DNA from: Lysobacteraceae bacterium
Lineage (GTDB): Bacteria > Pseudomonadota > Gammaproteobacteria > Xanthomonadales > Xanthomonadaceae
Assembly: GCA_004173415.1 (NCBI GenBank)
Contig: SEHC01000001.1
Span: 1-33,481, forward strand
DNA length: 33,481 nucleotides
Direction: 5' to 3'
Shown: piece by piece, positions 18,107 through 26,885 of the stretch
Numbering within the stretch: the first letter of the stretch is position 1
Layout of the letters: each line of letters starts with the position of its first letter
Translations under genes and position numbers: made by a program
Notes under the pieces: model-generated
Databases searched by the model: none
The model's input: the letters and a program-made list of their open reading frames with translations, nothing else
What the model was told of the DNA's origin: nothing

Positions 18107-19416
18107 TTCAGCGCCTCAACTTCCGTTTGGATCACGCTGTTTTCCCTGTTACCGGCAATTGCAACCAGTCCCATCGTCAACAGAAGTTTGGATACGTCAC
18201 CTATCGCTTTACCAGCCGCGGCGCCGGCTGCACCGAATCTAGATGCCAGGATCCAGATTGCTGCAACGCTTATAAGGACGGAGACCACTTGCGGTATCAC
18301 AAGCAACTTGCTCCATCCTTTGGAAAATAGAAAATTGTCCAAGGCGTGGGCGGCGATCGAAGCTGTCAGGCCAATCGACAGAATGGCCATGATCTGAATG
18401 GCGCCACCGCGATAGGAGTCGGCCAGGACCAGCGGGAGGAGAACGGGACCGATCAATAACGCACCGACTGTTCCCGCCACCCCAATCAGGATCGCCGCAA
18501 TCAACCAAACTCGGAAAATCGCCCGTCCTTTCGCGCTGTCCCTATTCGCTTGGGCACTGAACAGCATCGGGCGAAAATAATTCGACAACATTGAAGTGAC
18601 GATGGCATAGGGCCTACCGATCGTCCCGGCAGATCCGACATAGATGCCAATACTGGCAGCTGGCGCTGAATAGGTAAGGATGTATCTATCAAGATATGCA
18701 CCTAGCCAGCCGATCACCGCCATACCGCTGAACGGGACCGCGTAACCAAGTGCGCCTGCTCGAAGCGAATCTATAAGCTTGAAATCGATGGATCTGAAGA
18801 ATTTCCCACGGTGATAGAGCAAGAAGAACACGACAGTGGAAAACACCTTGGCACACACCAGCGCATAGATGTAGGCCGCGGCACTCGATGTTCCCGCCCA
18901 CAAGGTTGCCGAAACCACCAGAAAAATTATCAGCGCTTCCGTTATCACCCAGATGGAATAGCGGCCATGCTGCTGATTGACATTCAACAGCGTCAGCATG
19001 GCAGTACGAGCCGTCTCTGCCACCAGGTAGGCAGTCGTCAATGCACCGAACAACAGAATACTGAGGTAGCCGCTCCAGAAGATGCTTGCAACCAAAGCGC
19101 ACAGCAGCAAAGCAGCCGGGATTACTTTCAGGTACCGCCCGATCAGGATGGAGGCAAATCCTGCCGCCACGCTTCGCTTCTGTTCGTCACCCTGTAGACG
19201 GCTGCAGAACAACGCCAACGTCTGACTTAACGCCATGATCAAAATACCGTCAAGAAGTGTATAGGCGCCCATTGCGAGCATTGCCTTACCGAACTCGGAC
19301 GGTTCCAGCAATTCGGTGTAGATGCGAATGCTAGCCACAGCAATAATGGCCAGGAGTATCTGACCCCAAGCTACGTTGAGAGCTTTTTTTGCATGCCTAA
19401 CGAATTGCGTAGCCAT
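18097..19416 (-). CDS. wzx: Wzx flippase
   Basis: About 12 hydrophobic segments, YTELLEPSEFG, LDRYIL...IGIY, FGAAGAA. Confidence 0.82.
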   Translation of the reverse strand: MATQFVRHAKKALNVAWGQILLAIIAVASIRIYTELLEPSEFGKAMLAMGAYTLLDGILIMALSQTLALFCSRLQGDEQKRSVAAGFASILIGRYLKVIPAALLLCALVASIFWSGYLSILLFGALTTAYLVAETARTAMLTLLNVNQQHGRYSIWVITEALIIFLVVSATLWAGTSSAAAYIYALVCAKVFSTVVFFLLYHRGKFFRSIDFKLIDSLRAGALGYAVPFSGMAVIGWLGAYLDRYILTYSAPAASIGIYVGSAGTIGRPYAIVTSMLSNYFRPMLFSAQANRDSAKGRAIFRVWLIAAILIGVAGTVGALLIGPVLLPLVLADSYRGGAIQIMAILSIGLTASIAAHALDNFLFSKGWSKLLVIPQVVSVLISVAAIWILASRFGAAGAAAGKAIGDVSKLLLTMGLVAIAGNRENSVIQTEVEALKCE

Positions 19417-19444
19417 CCAACTTCACCGGGCGCTCAGGCCGCAT

Positions 19445-20566
19445 TTACTTGTCGTGGCCCACATGGGTCTGATAGCCATGCTGCTCCAACAACGCATGCC
19501 GCCGCGCCTCTTCCAGATCGTTGGCAACCATCTCCACCACCATCTCCTGCAACGTGATCTGCGGCACCCAGCCCAGATCCGCCTTCGCCTTCGACGGATC
19601 ACCCAGCAGCGTCTCCACTTCCGCCGGGCGGAAGTAGCGCGGGTCCACCGACACGATCACGTCGCCCGGCTTCACGCCCGGCGCCTTGTCCCCTTCCACC
19701 GACTGCACGCGCGCCTTCTCGCTGACGCCCTGCCCCTCGAAGGCCAGCGTGATGCCCAGCTCGGCGGCCGCCAGCTCGATGAAATGACGCACGCTGTACT
19801 GCACGCCCGTCGCGATCACGTAGTCCTTGGCCTCGTCCTGCTGCAGCATCATCCACTGCATGCGCACGTAGTCCTTGGCATGGCCCCAGTCGCGCAGCGC
19901 ATCCAGGTTGCCCATGTACAGGCACTTCTCCAGGCCCTGGGCGATGTTGGCCAGGCCGCGGGTGATCTTGCGGGTCACGAAGGTCTCGCCACGGCGCGGG
20001 CTCTCGTGGTTGAAGAGGATGCCGTTGCAGGCGTACATCCCGTAGCTCTCGCGGTAGTTGACCGTGATCCAGTACGCGTACAGCTTGGCCACGCCGTACG
20101 GGCTGCGCGGATAGAACGGCGTCCGCTCGGTCTGCGGCGTCTCCTGCACCAGCCCGTACAGCTCCGAGGTGCTGGCCTGGTAGAAGCGCGTCCTGTCGGT
20201 GCGCTTGAGGAAACGCAGCGCCTCCAGCAGCCGCAGCGTGCCCATGCCATCGACGTCTGCGGTGTATTCCGGCGACTCGAAGCTGACCGCCACGTGGCTC
20301 TGCGCGCCCAGGTTGTAGACCTCGTCCGGCTCGACCTCGGCGATGATCCGGGTCAGGTTGCTGCTGTCGGTCAGGTCGCCGTAGTGCAGGTGGAACGGAC
20401 GGCCCTGCTCGTGCGGATCGTGGTACAGATGATCCACGCGCTGGGTGTTGAACGACGAGGCCCGGCGCTTGATGCCGTGGACTTCGTAGCCCTTGTCCAG
20501 CAGCAGCTCGGCCAGGTAGGAACCGTCCTGTCCGGTGACGCCGGTGATGAGTGCGCGCTTTGCCAT
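19445..20566 (-). CDS. gmd: GDP-mannose 4,6-dehydratase
   Basis: [65 protein letters not shown]. Start trimmed to ATG 20566. Confidence 0.96.
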   Translation of the reverse strand: MAKRALITGVTGQDGSYLAELLLDKGYEVHGIKRRASSFNTQRVDHLYHDPHEQGRPFHLHYGDLTDSSNLTRIIAEVEPDEVYNLGAQSHVAVSFESPEYTADVDGMGTLRLLEALRFLKRTDRTRFYQASTSELYGLVQETPQTERTPFYPRSPYGVAKLYAYWITVNYRESYGMYACNGILFNHESPRRGETFVTRKITRGLANIAQGLEKCLYMGNLDALRDWGHAKDYVRMQWMMLQQDEAKDYVIATGVQYSVRHFIELAAAELGITLAFEGQGVSEKARVQSVEGDKAPGVKPGDVIVSVDPRYFRPAEVETLLGDPSKAKADLGWVPQITLQEMVVEMVANDLEEARRHALLEQHGYQTHVGHDK

Positions 20567-20630
20567 GTGTATTTCCCTGGATCGATGGAGGTCGGGACGC
20601 GCCGTGCGGCGCGCGCCGAGGGTGGAGGGC

Positions 20631-21860
20631 TCAGTCGCCGCCGACGAGGCCGGCGACGCGATGCTGGAAGGCGGAAAGGATCGCCCGGGTGGAGAGGCGC
20701 GTTTCGGCCTGCTGCCGCGCCTGGTTGCCAAGGCGCCGGCGCAGGTACGGATCGGCGGCCAATTGTCGCAGAGCCCCGGCGAACTCGTCCGCATCGCCTG
20801 GCGTGGTGACCACCCCGCAGCCGTGCAGCGCCTGGGCCACGCCGGTGCCCGGCTGGGCGGTGGCCAGCACCGGCCTGCCGCTGGCCAGCATGCCGGTGAG
20901 CTTGGACGGCATGACCAGGTCGGCCACGTCGGCCCGCTGCGGCAGCAGGTGGATGTCGGCCAGGCCCAGCCACTCGTTGAGGCGTTCGGTTGGCTGCAGG
21001 TCCAGGAAGCGGACCCGCTCCAGCCCGGCGCAGGCGGCCTGCAACGCCTCCCGGCCCGGTCCCTGCCCGCCCATCACCAGGTAGATATCGCGGTCGTGGA
21101 CCAGCCGGTGCGCGGCTTCGGCCAGGATCTCCAGGCCCTGCTTGAGGCCCATGTTGCCGGAGTACAGCGCCACCACCGCGTCTTCCGGGATGCCCAGTTC
21201 TTCCCGGTAGGGACTGGCCACGGCGATCGGCTGGATGCCGTCGATGTCGACCCAGTTGGGGAACAGCTCGCGGCGCGCGGTGCCCACGCCCTTGTCCCCC
21301 AGGCGCTGCAGCATGCGCGTGGAGATGGTCGAGACCACGTCGAAGCGGGCCAGCAGCCAGCGCTCCAGCGCCAGCGCCAGGCGGCGCAGGCCCTCGCCCT
21401 TGAGGATGCCCATGTCCAGGGCCGCGTCCACTTCGAAATCCTGGATGTGCAACCAGCACCTGGCCCCGCTCAGGCGCGCCAGCGCCCACGCCCCCGGCGC
21501 GCTGGCCAGGCCCGGGGCGATGCACAGCACCAGTTGCGGACGCCAGGCCAGCGAATACAGCAGCGCGGCCAGCGAGGACAACGCGAAGCTGGCCAGGTGC
21601 AGCAGGCGGGTGAGGCCGCGCGGGGTGGCCGGCACCCACAGCGGGCAGCGGATCACGTCGACGCCGTTGCGCCGTTCGCGGCTGAAGGCGTACTGGCGGA
21701 AGCCCGGCCACACCTTCCACGCCGGGTAGTACGGCGGCGCGGTGACCACGCGCACCGCATGGCCCTGCGCGGCCAGCCATTCGCACAGCTCGCCGGTGTA
21801 CTTGCCGGTGCCGATGTTCTCCGGCGCGTAATTGATGCCGGTGACCAGGATGCGGGTCAT
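20631..21860 (-). CDS. wcaI: WcaI-family glycosyltransferase (GT4)
   Basis: [74 protein letters not shown]. Confidence 0.9.
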   Translation of the reverse strand: MTRILVTGINYAPENIGTGKYTGELCEWLAAQGHAVRVVTAPPYYPAWKVWPGFRQYAFSRERRNGVDVIRCPLWVPATPRGLTRLLHLASFALSSLAALLYSLAWRPQLVLCIAPGLASAPGAWALARLSGARCWLHIQDFEVDAALDMGILKGEGLRRLALALERWLLARFDVVSTISTRMLQRLGDKGVGTARRELFPNWVDIDGIQPIAVASPYREELGIPEDAVVALYSGNMGLKQGLEILAEAAHRLVHDRDIYLVMGGQGPGREALQAACAGLERVRFLDLQPTERLNEWLGLADIHLLPQRADVADLVMPSKLTGMLASGRPVLATAQPGTGVAQALHGCGVVTTPGDADEFAGALRQLAADPYLRRRLGNQARQQAETRLSTRAILSAFQHRVAGLVGGD

Positions 21861-21888
21861 GCGCGGATCGCTCGATGCGATGCGAGGG

Positions 21889-22053
21889 CCCTTCTCCCGT
21901 TTACGGGAGAAGGTGGCGCGCAGCGCCGGATGAGGGCGCGAGCGCAGCGGGCACTTGCATGCAACATCGGGAGGAAAGGCAGGGCCGGGCGAGGCTGCGC
22001 GCGCTCGCCCTCATCCGCCCTACGGGCACCTTCTCCCGTAAACGGGAGAAGGG
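21889..22053. repeat. Inverted pair of CCTTCTCCC-type palindromic elements
   Basis: cccttctcccgtttacgggagaaggtg...ggatgaggg, then ccctcatcc...caccttctcccgtaaacgggagaaggg. The arms are reverse complements and each has an internal hairpin. Confidence 0.85.
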
Positions 22054-22094
22054 TTGGTGCCGCACGCAGGGTTGACGGAAACATCATCGCCCGC

Positions 22095-23537
22095 TCAGTA
22101 CGCGTTCTTGCCAAGGAAACCCTTGATCACGGTCATGGCGATGATCTTCAGGTCCAGCGCCAGCGACCAGTGCTGCATGTAGTAAAGGTCGTATTCCACG
22201 CGCGCGGCCATCTTTTCCAGCGTGTCGGTTTCCCCGCGCAGGCCGTTGACCTGGGCCCAGCCGGTGATCCCCGGCTTGACCCGGTGGCGCTGCATGTAGT
22301 TGTCGACGATGTCCATGTACTGGTGGTTGTGGGCCAGCGCGTGCGGGCGCGGGCCGACGATGCTCATCGTCCCCTGCAGCACGTTGAAGAACTGCGGCAG
22401 CTCGTCCAGGCTGGTGCGGCGCAGGAACCGGCCCAGCGGCGTGACCCGCGGATCGCCCTGGGTGGCCTGGGTGACCCGGCCGCCGCCTTCCTGGTGCACG
22501 CGCATGCTGCGGAACTTCCACACCTGGATGATCTGCCCGTCGATGCCGTGGCGCGCCTGGCGGAACAGCACCGGGCCGGGCGAGGACAGCTTCACCGCCA
22601 GCGCGATCACCGCCATCAGCGGCGCGATCAGGACCAGGATCAACGCCGCCAGCAGGCGGTCCTCGATCGCCTTGAGCAAATGCGCCTGGCCGTCCAGCGG
22701 ACTGGAGCGCAGGTTGATCACCGGCAGGCCGGCGACCTGTTCCACCGACTGGTTGAGCAACTGCAGGCCCAGCAGGTCGGGCACGAACTTGATGTCGGCG
22801 GTGGAATGGGCCAGCGCTTCCAGGATGGCCTCGATCTCGGCCTGCGCGCCCATCGGCAACGCCACCCAGACCTGCTGGATGCCGTGCTGCTGCACGTAGC
22901 CGGCCAGTTGCGCCAGCCCGCCCAGGCGCGGCGACTCCAGCGCGGCGGACGGGCTGTCGTGGGTTTCGAACCAGCCCTTGACCTGGATGCCCGCCCACGG
23001 CTGGCGTTCCAGCGCGCGCACGATGCGCTGCGCGTCATGGCCGCCGCCGACGATGACCGCACTGCGCAGGTCGAAGCCGAGCTGCCGCGTCCAGGCCGCC
23101 GTGGCCCGGCACAGCAGGCGCGCGCCGGTGCCGGTGACCACCGCGCCGGCGAACCAGGTGGCCCACCACAGGCGCGAGATCTCCGAGGACAGCTTGAAGG
23201 CCACCGTGTACAGCACCGCGACCACGAAGATGGCCAGGTAGGCGCCGAGCATGGTCCACAGCTCGCTGGCCAGGCCGCGCCCGCGCCAGCTGCGGTACAG
23301 CGGGGTCATGCTGAACACGACCAACGCGAAGAGCAGGCCACGGCCGAGGTTGCGCTGGTATTCCAGGTCGACCTGCGGGGTGCCGAAACGCAGCCAGTAG
23401 GCGAACACGCCGGCGGCCAGCAGGCCGGCCAGGTCGGCGAAGCGCAGGCCCAGGGAAAACAGGGCCGTGTACTTGGTGTACGGCATGCCCGCGTGGTGCG
23501 CACGATCCGTGGCGGAGGTGTAAGGCACGGAAGACAT
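22095..23537 (-). CDS. wcaJ: Undecaprenyl-phosphate glucose phosphotransferase (WcaJ/GumD type)
   Basis: Four N-terminal TM segments, KFRSM, DPRVT, RRTSLDELPQFFNVLQGTMSIVGPRPHA, VKPGITGWAQVNG. The 1097-aa ORF is over-extended; the start is ATG 23537 or the next Met. Confidence 0.93.
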   Translation of the reverse strand: MSSVPYTSATDRAHHAGMPYTKYTALFSLGLRFADLAGLLAAGVFAYWLRFGTPQVDLEYQRNLGRGLLFALVVFSMTPLYRSWRGRGLASELWTMLGAYLAIFVVAVLYTVAFKLSSEISRLWWATWFAGAVVTGTGARLLCRATAAWTRQLGFDLRSAVIVGGGHDAQRIVRALERQPWAGIQVKGWFETHDSPSAALESPRLGGLAQLAGYVQQHGIQQVWVALPMGAQAEIEAILEALAHSTADIKFVPDLLGLQLLNQSVEQVAGLPVINLRSSPLDGQAHLLKAIEDRLLAALILVLIAPLMAVIALAVKLSSPGPVLFRQARHGIDGQIIQVWKFRSMRVHQEGGGRVTQATQGDPRVTPLGRFLRRTSLDELPQFFNVLQGTMSIVGPRPHALAHNHQYMDIVDNYMQRHRVKPGITGWAQVNGLRGETDTLEKMAARVEYDLYYMQHWSLALDLKIIAMTVIKGFLGKNAY

Positions 23538-23545
23538 TCCCCTGT

Positions 23546-24904
23546 TCAAAGCGGCGGATCCTGACGGCGACCATCGGCGGGGGAACCGCTGCCCAGGCAC
23601 AGGGACAGCAGCAGACCGAAGGGCACCAGTACGGCGTAGGTGCGCAGCGGGTAATCGACCAGCGAGTGCAGCAGCGGCACCAGCAGCGAAATCCCGACTA
23701 CGCTCACCAGCCCATGGTCGCCGATATCCGTGCTGCGGCGCACCAGAAAATTTCTCAAGCAGGAACTGACGCCCAGCGTCAGCAGGGCCGCGACCAACAG
23801 CAGGCCCGGCACGCCGGCCTCGATGGCGACCTGCAGCAGGTCGTTGTGGGCACGCTCGGCGAATACCTGGAGCATGGCCTGGACCGGTTCCAGCGGCGCA
23901 TAGACCCAGGGGAAGCTGCCGGCGCCGCTGCCCCAGGGCAGGTACTGGCCGGCGGCCTGCAGGCCGTAGTGCAGGTATTGCCAGCGCAGGTCGGCCAGCG
24001 GGTCCTGTTCCAGCCGCTGCATCAGGCCCGCCCAGGCGTAGTAGCCGATCGCCAGCACCCCGGCCAGGCCGGCCAGGGCCGGGACCAGCCGGCGCGGACG
24101 CCCTGCCCGGCTGCCGAACAGCACCGCCGCCGCGGCCAGCACGGCCACGCAGGCCAGGGCGAAGCCGGCGCGGGAGAAACTCAGCGCCGCCGCCAGCAGC
24201 AGCAGGACCACGCTGGCGTACCACCAGGGCATGGCCGGACTGCGCCGGTGCTGGGCGCGCACCGCCAGGGCCAGGGCCAGCGGCAGCAGCATGGCCAGCA
24301 GGCTGGCGAAATGGTTGCGGTTGGCGAAGGTGCCGATGGCGCCGATCGGATGGTGGTAGGCGTACAGCCGCAGCGGCGCATGCGGACCGGCGGCCGCCTG
24401 GTAGAAGCCCAGCAGGCCCATGGCCACCGCAGCCACCACCGCCAGCTGCAGCAGGCGCAGGCGACCGGCTGCAGGCAGGGTGCCGGCGAGCAGCACGGTG
24501 GTGCCGAACACGGCCACCGCCAGCAGCGCGCGCACGGTGCCGTAGCGGTCCAGGCTCATCGGCAGCCAGGCGGGATCCAGGCCGGCGCTGCGCAGGTCGG
24601 CCAGCACCGCGGCCCGCTGCGGCAGGCGCGCGAACCAGGCCGCGGGCAGCGGCAGCAGTTGCAGTGCGACCACGGCCAGCGCGGCCAGCAGCCAGTAGGC
24701 GAACCAGCGCTGCGCGCGCGTGGCCTGCCCATGGTGCCAGCGCAGCAGCGCCAGCCCCAGCGCCGGCAGCGCGCACAGCTGCACCACCAGGTCGCCGGCC
24801 CCGCGCGAACCGCCGCCGAAGACCAGCGCGGCCACCAGCAACAGCGCCGCCGCCCACAGGGCAACGAGGTCGGAGCGGCGGGAGTGCTGGCTGTGCAGGG
24901 GCAT
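23546..24904 (-). CDS. O-antigen ligase family (Wzy_C/WaaL-like) membrane protein
   Basis: GTFANRNHFA, SFSRAG, R-W...PWGSGAGSF, RAHNDLLQVAIEAG, LHSLVDYPLR; polytopic. Start likely ATG 24904. Confidence 0.88.
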   Translation of the reverse strand: MPLHSQHSRRSDLVALWAAALLLVAALVFGGGSRGAGDLVVQLCALPALGLALLRWHHGQATRAQRWFAYWLLAALAVVALQLLPLPAAWFARLPQRAAVLADLRSAGLDPAWLPMSLDRYGTVRALLAVAVFGTTVLLAGTLPAAGRLRLLQLAVVAAVAMGLLGFYQAAAGPHAPLRLYAYHHPIGAIGTFANRNHFASLLAMLLPLALALAVRAQHRRSPAMPWWYASVVLLLLAAALSFSRAGFALACVAVLAAAAVLFGSRAGRPRRLVPALAGLAGVLAIGYYAWAGLMQRLEQDPLADLRWQYLHYGLQAAGQYLPWGSGAGSFPWVYAPLEPVQAMLQVFAERAHNDLLQVAIEAGVPGLLLVAALLTLGVSSCLRNFLVRRSTDIGDHGLVSVVGISLLVPLLHSLVDYPLRTYAVLVPFGLLLSLCLGSGSPADGRRQDPPL

Positions 24905-25020
24905 GGATCCGGATGGTCGGTGCAGGAGCGCGGCAGGGGCGCGGCAGGAGCGACGCAAGTCGCGATGGCGGTTGGTTTCCCTGGTCGCGGCTTGCGACGC
25001 TCCTGCAGGGAAGCATCGGA

Positions 25021-25049
25021 AACAAAACGGGCCGCACTAGGCGGCCCGT
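25021..25049 (-). terminator. Rho-independent terminator after small gene B
   Basis: ACGGGCCGC-N5-GCGGCCCGT, then TTTGTTT on the minus strand. Confidence 0.8.
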
Positions 25050-25075
25050 CGGGTCTTGCCGTCGAGCGCCGTGGG

Positions 25076-25351
25076 TTACGGGCTGGACGGGCGGTCGTCG
25101 CTGTCGCTGCCGCCGCTGATCGCGGCCGCGGCTGCGGCCACGCCGAGCACGCCGGCGGCGACCATGGTGCCGTTGACCATGCGGTCTTCCTTCGGCGCCT
25201 TCTTGATCTTGGGGGCCGGGGCCGGGGTGGCCTCGGCGGCGGTGGCCTGGGCCACGGCGGGAACGACGACGGCGGCCTGCGGAGCGGCTTCCTGGGCGAA
25301 AGCCGAGCCCATGGCGGCGGTGAGGATCAGGGCGAAGGCGGCACGCTTCAT
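25076..25351 (-). CDS. Small secreted protein B (91 aa) ending DDRPSSP
   Basis: AAGGA RBS; MKRAAFALILTAAMGSAFA-Q signal peptide; Ala/Pro-rich stalk; hydrophobic GTMVAAGVLGVAAAAAAI; tail SGGSDSDDRPSSP. The track's start at 25468 is over-extended. Confidence 0.85.
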   Translation of the reverse strand: MKRAAFALILTAAMGSAFAQEAAPQAAVVVPAVAQATAAEATPAPAPKIKKAPKEDRMVNGTMVAAGVLGVAAAAAAISGGSDSDDRPSSP

Positions 25352-25472
25352 CGGGTCGGTTCCTTGCGAATTCGGTGGGATGGTGCAAAAAGCCAGCGTT
25401 TCCGAGGCCTTGGGCAGGATGATAAGCGATTTACGCCGCAACGCACAACGACAAAAACCGGACCGCACTCAC

Positions 25473-25499
25473 GGAAACGGGCCGCGAAGGCGGCCCGTT
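25473..25499 (-). terminator. Terminator-like hairpin after small gene A
   Basis: AACGGGCCGC-N4-GCGGCCCGTT with a short T tail. Same stem as the hairpin at 25027-25049. Confidence 0.7.
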
Positions 25500-25520
25500 G
25501 GGTCCAGCTGAACCGTGGGT

Positions 25521-25817
25521 TCAGGGGCTGGAGGGACGGTCGCTGCCGCCACCACCACCGCCGGCTGCGACCGCGACCGCGGCCACGGCGGCGCCGATGG
25601 CGACCATCGCGCCGGTGCTCAGGCCGGCGGCGCTGCCTGCGCCCTTCTTCGCCGCGACCTGGGCCACCGGGGCACCCGGCGCCGGGGCGACGGGCTGGCC
25701 GGGAGCCGGCTGCGCGGTCGGTTCGGGCTGCGGCGCGGTCTGTTCCGGAACCGGAACCTGGGCGGCGGCGGCGCCGATGAAGGCAAGGCTGGCAAGGGCA
25801 ACGAAGAGACGCTTCAT
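25521..25817 (-). CDS. Small secreted protein A (98 aa) ending SDRPSSP
   Basis: MKRLFVALASLAFIGAAAA-Q signal peptide; Pro/Gln/Ala stalk; hydrophobic GAMVAIGAAVAAVAVAA; tail GGGGGGSDRPSSP. Confidence 0.85.
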   Translation of the reverse strand: MKRLFVALASLAFIGAAAAQVPVPEQTAPQPEPTAQPAPGQPVAPAPGAPVAQVAAKKGAGSAAGLSTGAMVAIGAAVAAVAVAAGGGGGGSDRPSSP

Positions 25818-25865
25818 GTCTGGATGACTTCCTGTGGTGCGGCGCTGGAATGCGCAATGGTGGCC

Positions 25866-25871
25866 AGTATA
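25866..25871 (-). promoter_or_regulatory. Possible sigma-70 -10 element for small gene A
   Basis: TATACT on the minus strand about 50 nt upstream of ATG 25817. No convincing -35. Confidence 0.3.
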
Positions 25872-25921
25872 GCCAGCGAGGCGGCGCGCCCGTGATGACG
25901 CGACCGGGAAAAATTCTCGCC

Positions 25922-26885
25922 CCCGCTCCTACAAGGGGTGGGGGATTGCGCCCAAGGCACCACGAACATCGAAAGAACCCCGCGAAGATCGGCCCGTTGT
26001 AGGAGCGGGCCATGCCCGCGACGCCATTCGCGCGGGGTTTCCCTGGTCGTTGCATGCGTGGAAAGCGGTCGCGCGGTCTATCCCTGGCCGTTGTCTCGTG
26101 CAGGGCGGTCGCGGTCAGCCCGTTGTAGGAGCGGGCCATGCCCGCGACGCCGTTCGCGCGGAGCATCCGGTCATTGCGTCCGCCGGAAGCCGGCCGCGGC
26201 ACCACGCGCACCGAACGAACCCCGCGAAGATCGGCCCGTTGTAGGAGCGGGCCATGCCCGCGACGCAGTTCGCGCGGAGCATCCGGTCATTGCGTCCGCC
26301 GGAAGCCGGTCGCGGCACCACGCGCACCGAACGAACCCCGCAAAGATCAGCCCGTTGTAGGAGCGGGCCATGCCCGCGACGCCGTTCGCGCGGGGTTTCC
26401 CTGGTCGTTGTCTCGCGCAGGGCGGTCGCGGGCATGGCCCGCTCCTACAAGGGGTGGCGGATTGCGCCCAAGGCGCCACGGACATCGAAAGAACCCCGCG
26501 AAGATCAGCCCGTTGTAGGAGCGGGCCATGCCCGCGACGCCGTTCGCGCGGAGCATCCGGTCATTGCGTCCGCCGGAAGCCGGTCGCGCCGCCGGAAGCC
26601 GGTCGCGACACCACGCGCACCCAACGAACCCCGCGAAAATCGGAACGTTGTAGGAGCGGGCCATGCCCGCGACGCCGTTCGCGCGGGGTATCCGACGTGC
26701 ATTGCGTCGGCGGGAAGCCGGTCGCGGCACCACGGACATCGAACAAACCCCGCGAAAATCGGCCCGGTGCAGGAGCGGGCCATGCCCGCGACGCCGTTCG
26801 CGCGGAGCGTCCGGTCATTGCGTCCGCCGGAAGCCGGTCGCGACACCACGCGCACCGAAAGAACCCCGCGAAGATCGGCCCGTTG
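25922..26885. repeat. About 960-bp composite array of REP-A-containing ~116-bp units
   Basis: Forward REPs at 25999, 26125, 26241, 26357, 26515, 26650 and 26769. Inverted copies at 26426-26448 and (partial) ~25922-25932. The inter-REP sequences are homologous to each other. Confidence 0.92.

Noticed and set aside
21857-22114. 85-aa ORF apparently coupled between wcaJ and wcaI
   Set aside because: It is almost entirely a translation of the palindromic element (LLPFTGEG, APPSPVNGRR), with no independent coding evidence.
22095-25388. 1097-aa WcaJ fusion protein
   Set aside because: The N-terminal ~615 aa are Arg/Pro/Gly-rich off-frame read-through of the ligase and small-protein genes. WcaJ similarity starts at about 23537.
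25076-25817. PEP-CTERM, GlyGly-CTERM, pilin or RiPP precursor assignment for the small proteins
   Set aside because: No PEP or GG motif directly before a TM with a basic tail, no prepilin GFxxxE motif, and no exosortase, rhombosortase or RiPP-modifying enzyme in the window.
25922-26885. CRISPR array
   Set aside because: The spacers are 90 nt or longer and homologous to each other, two repeats are inverted, the repeat is a dispersed REP, and no cas genes are present.
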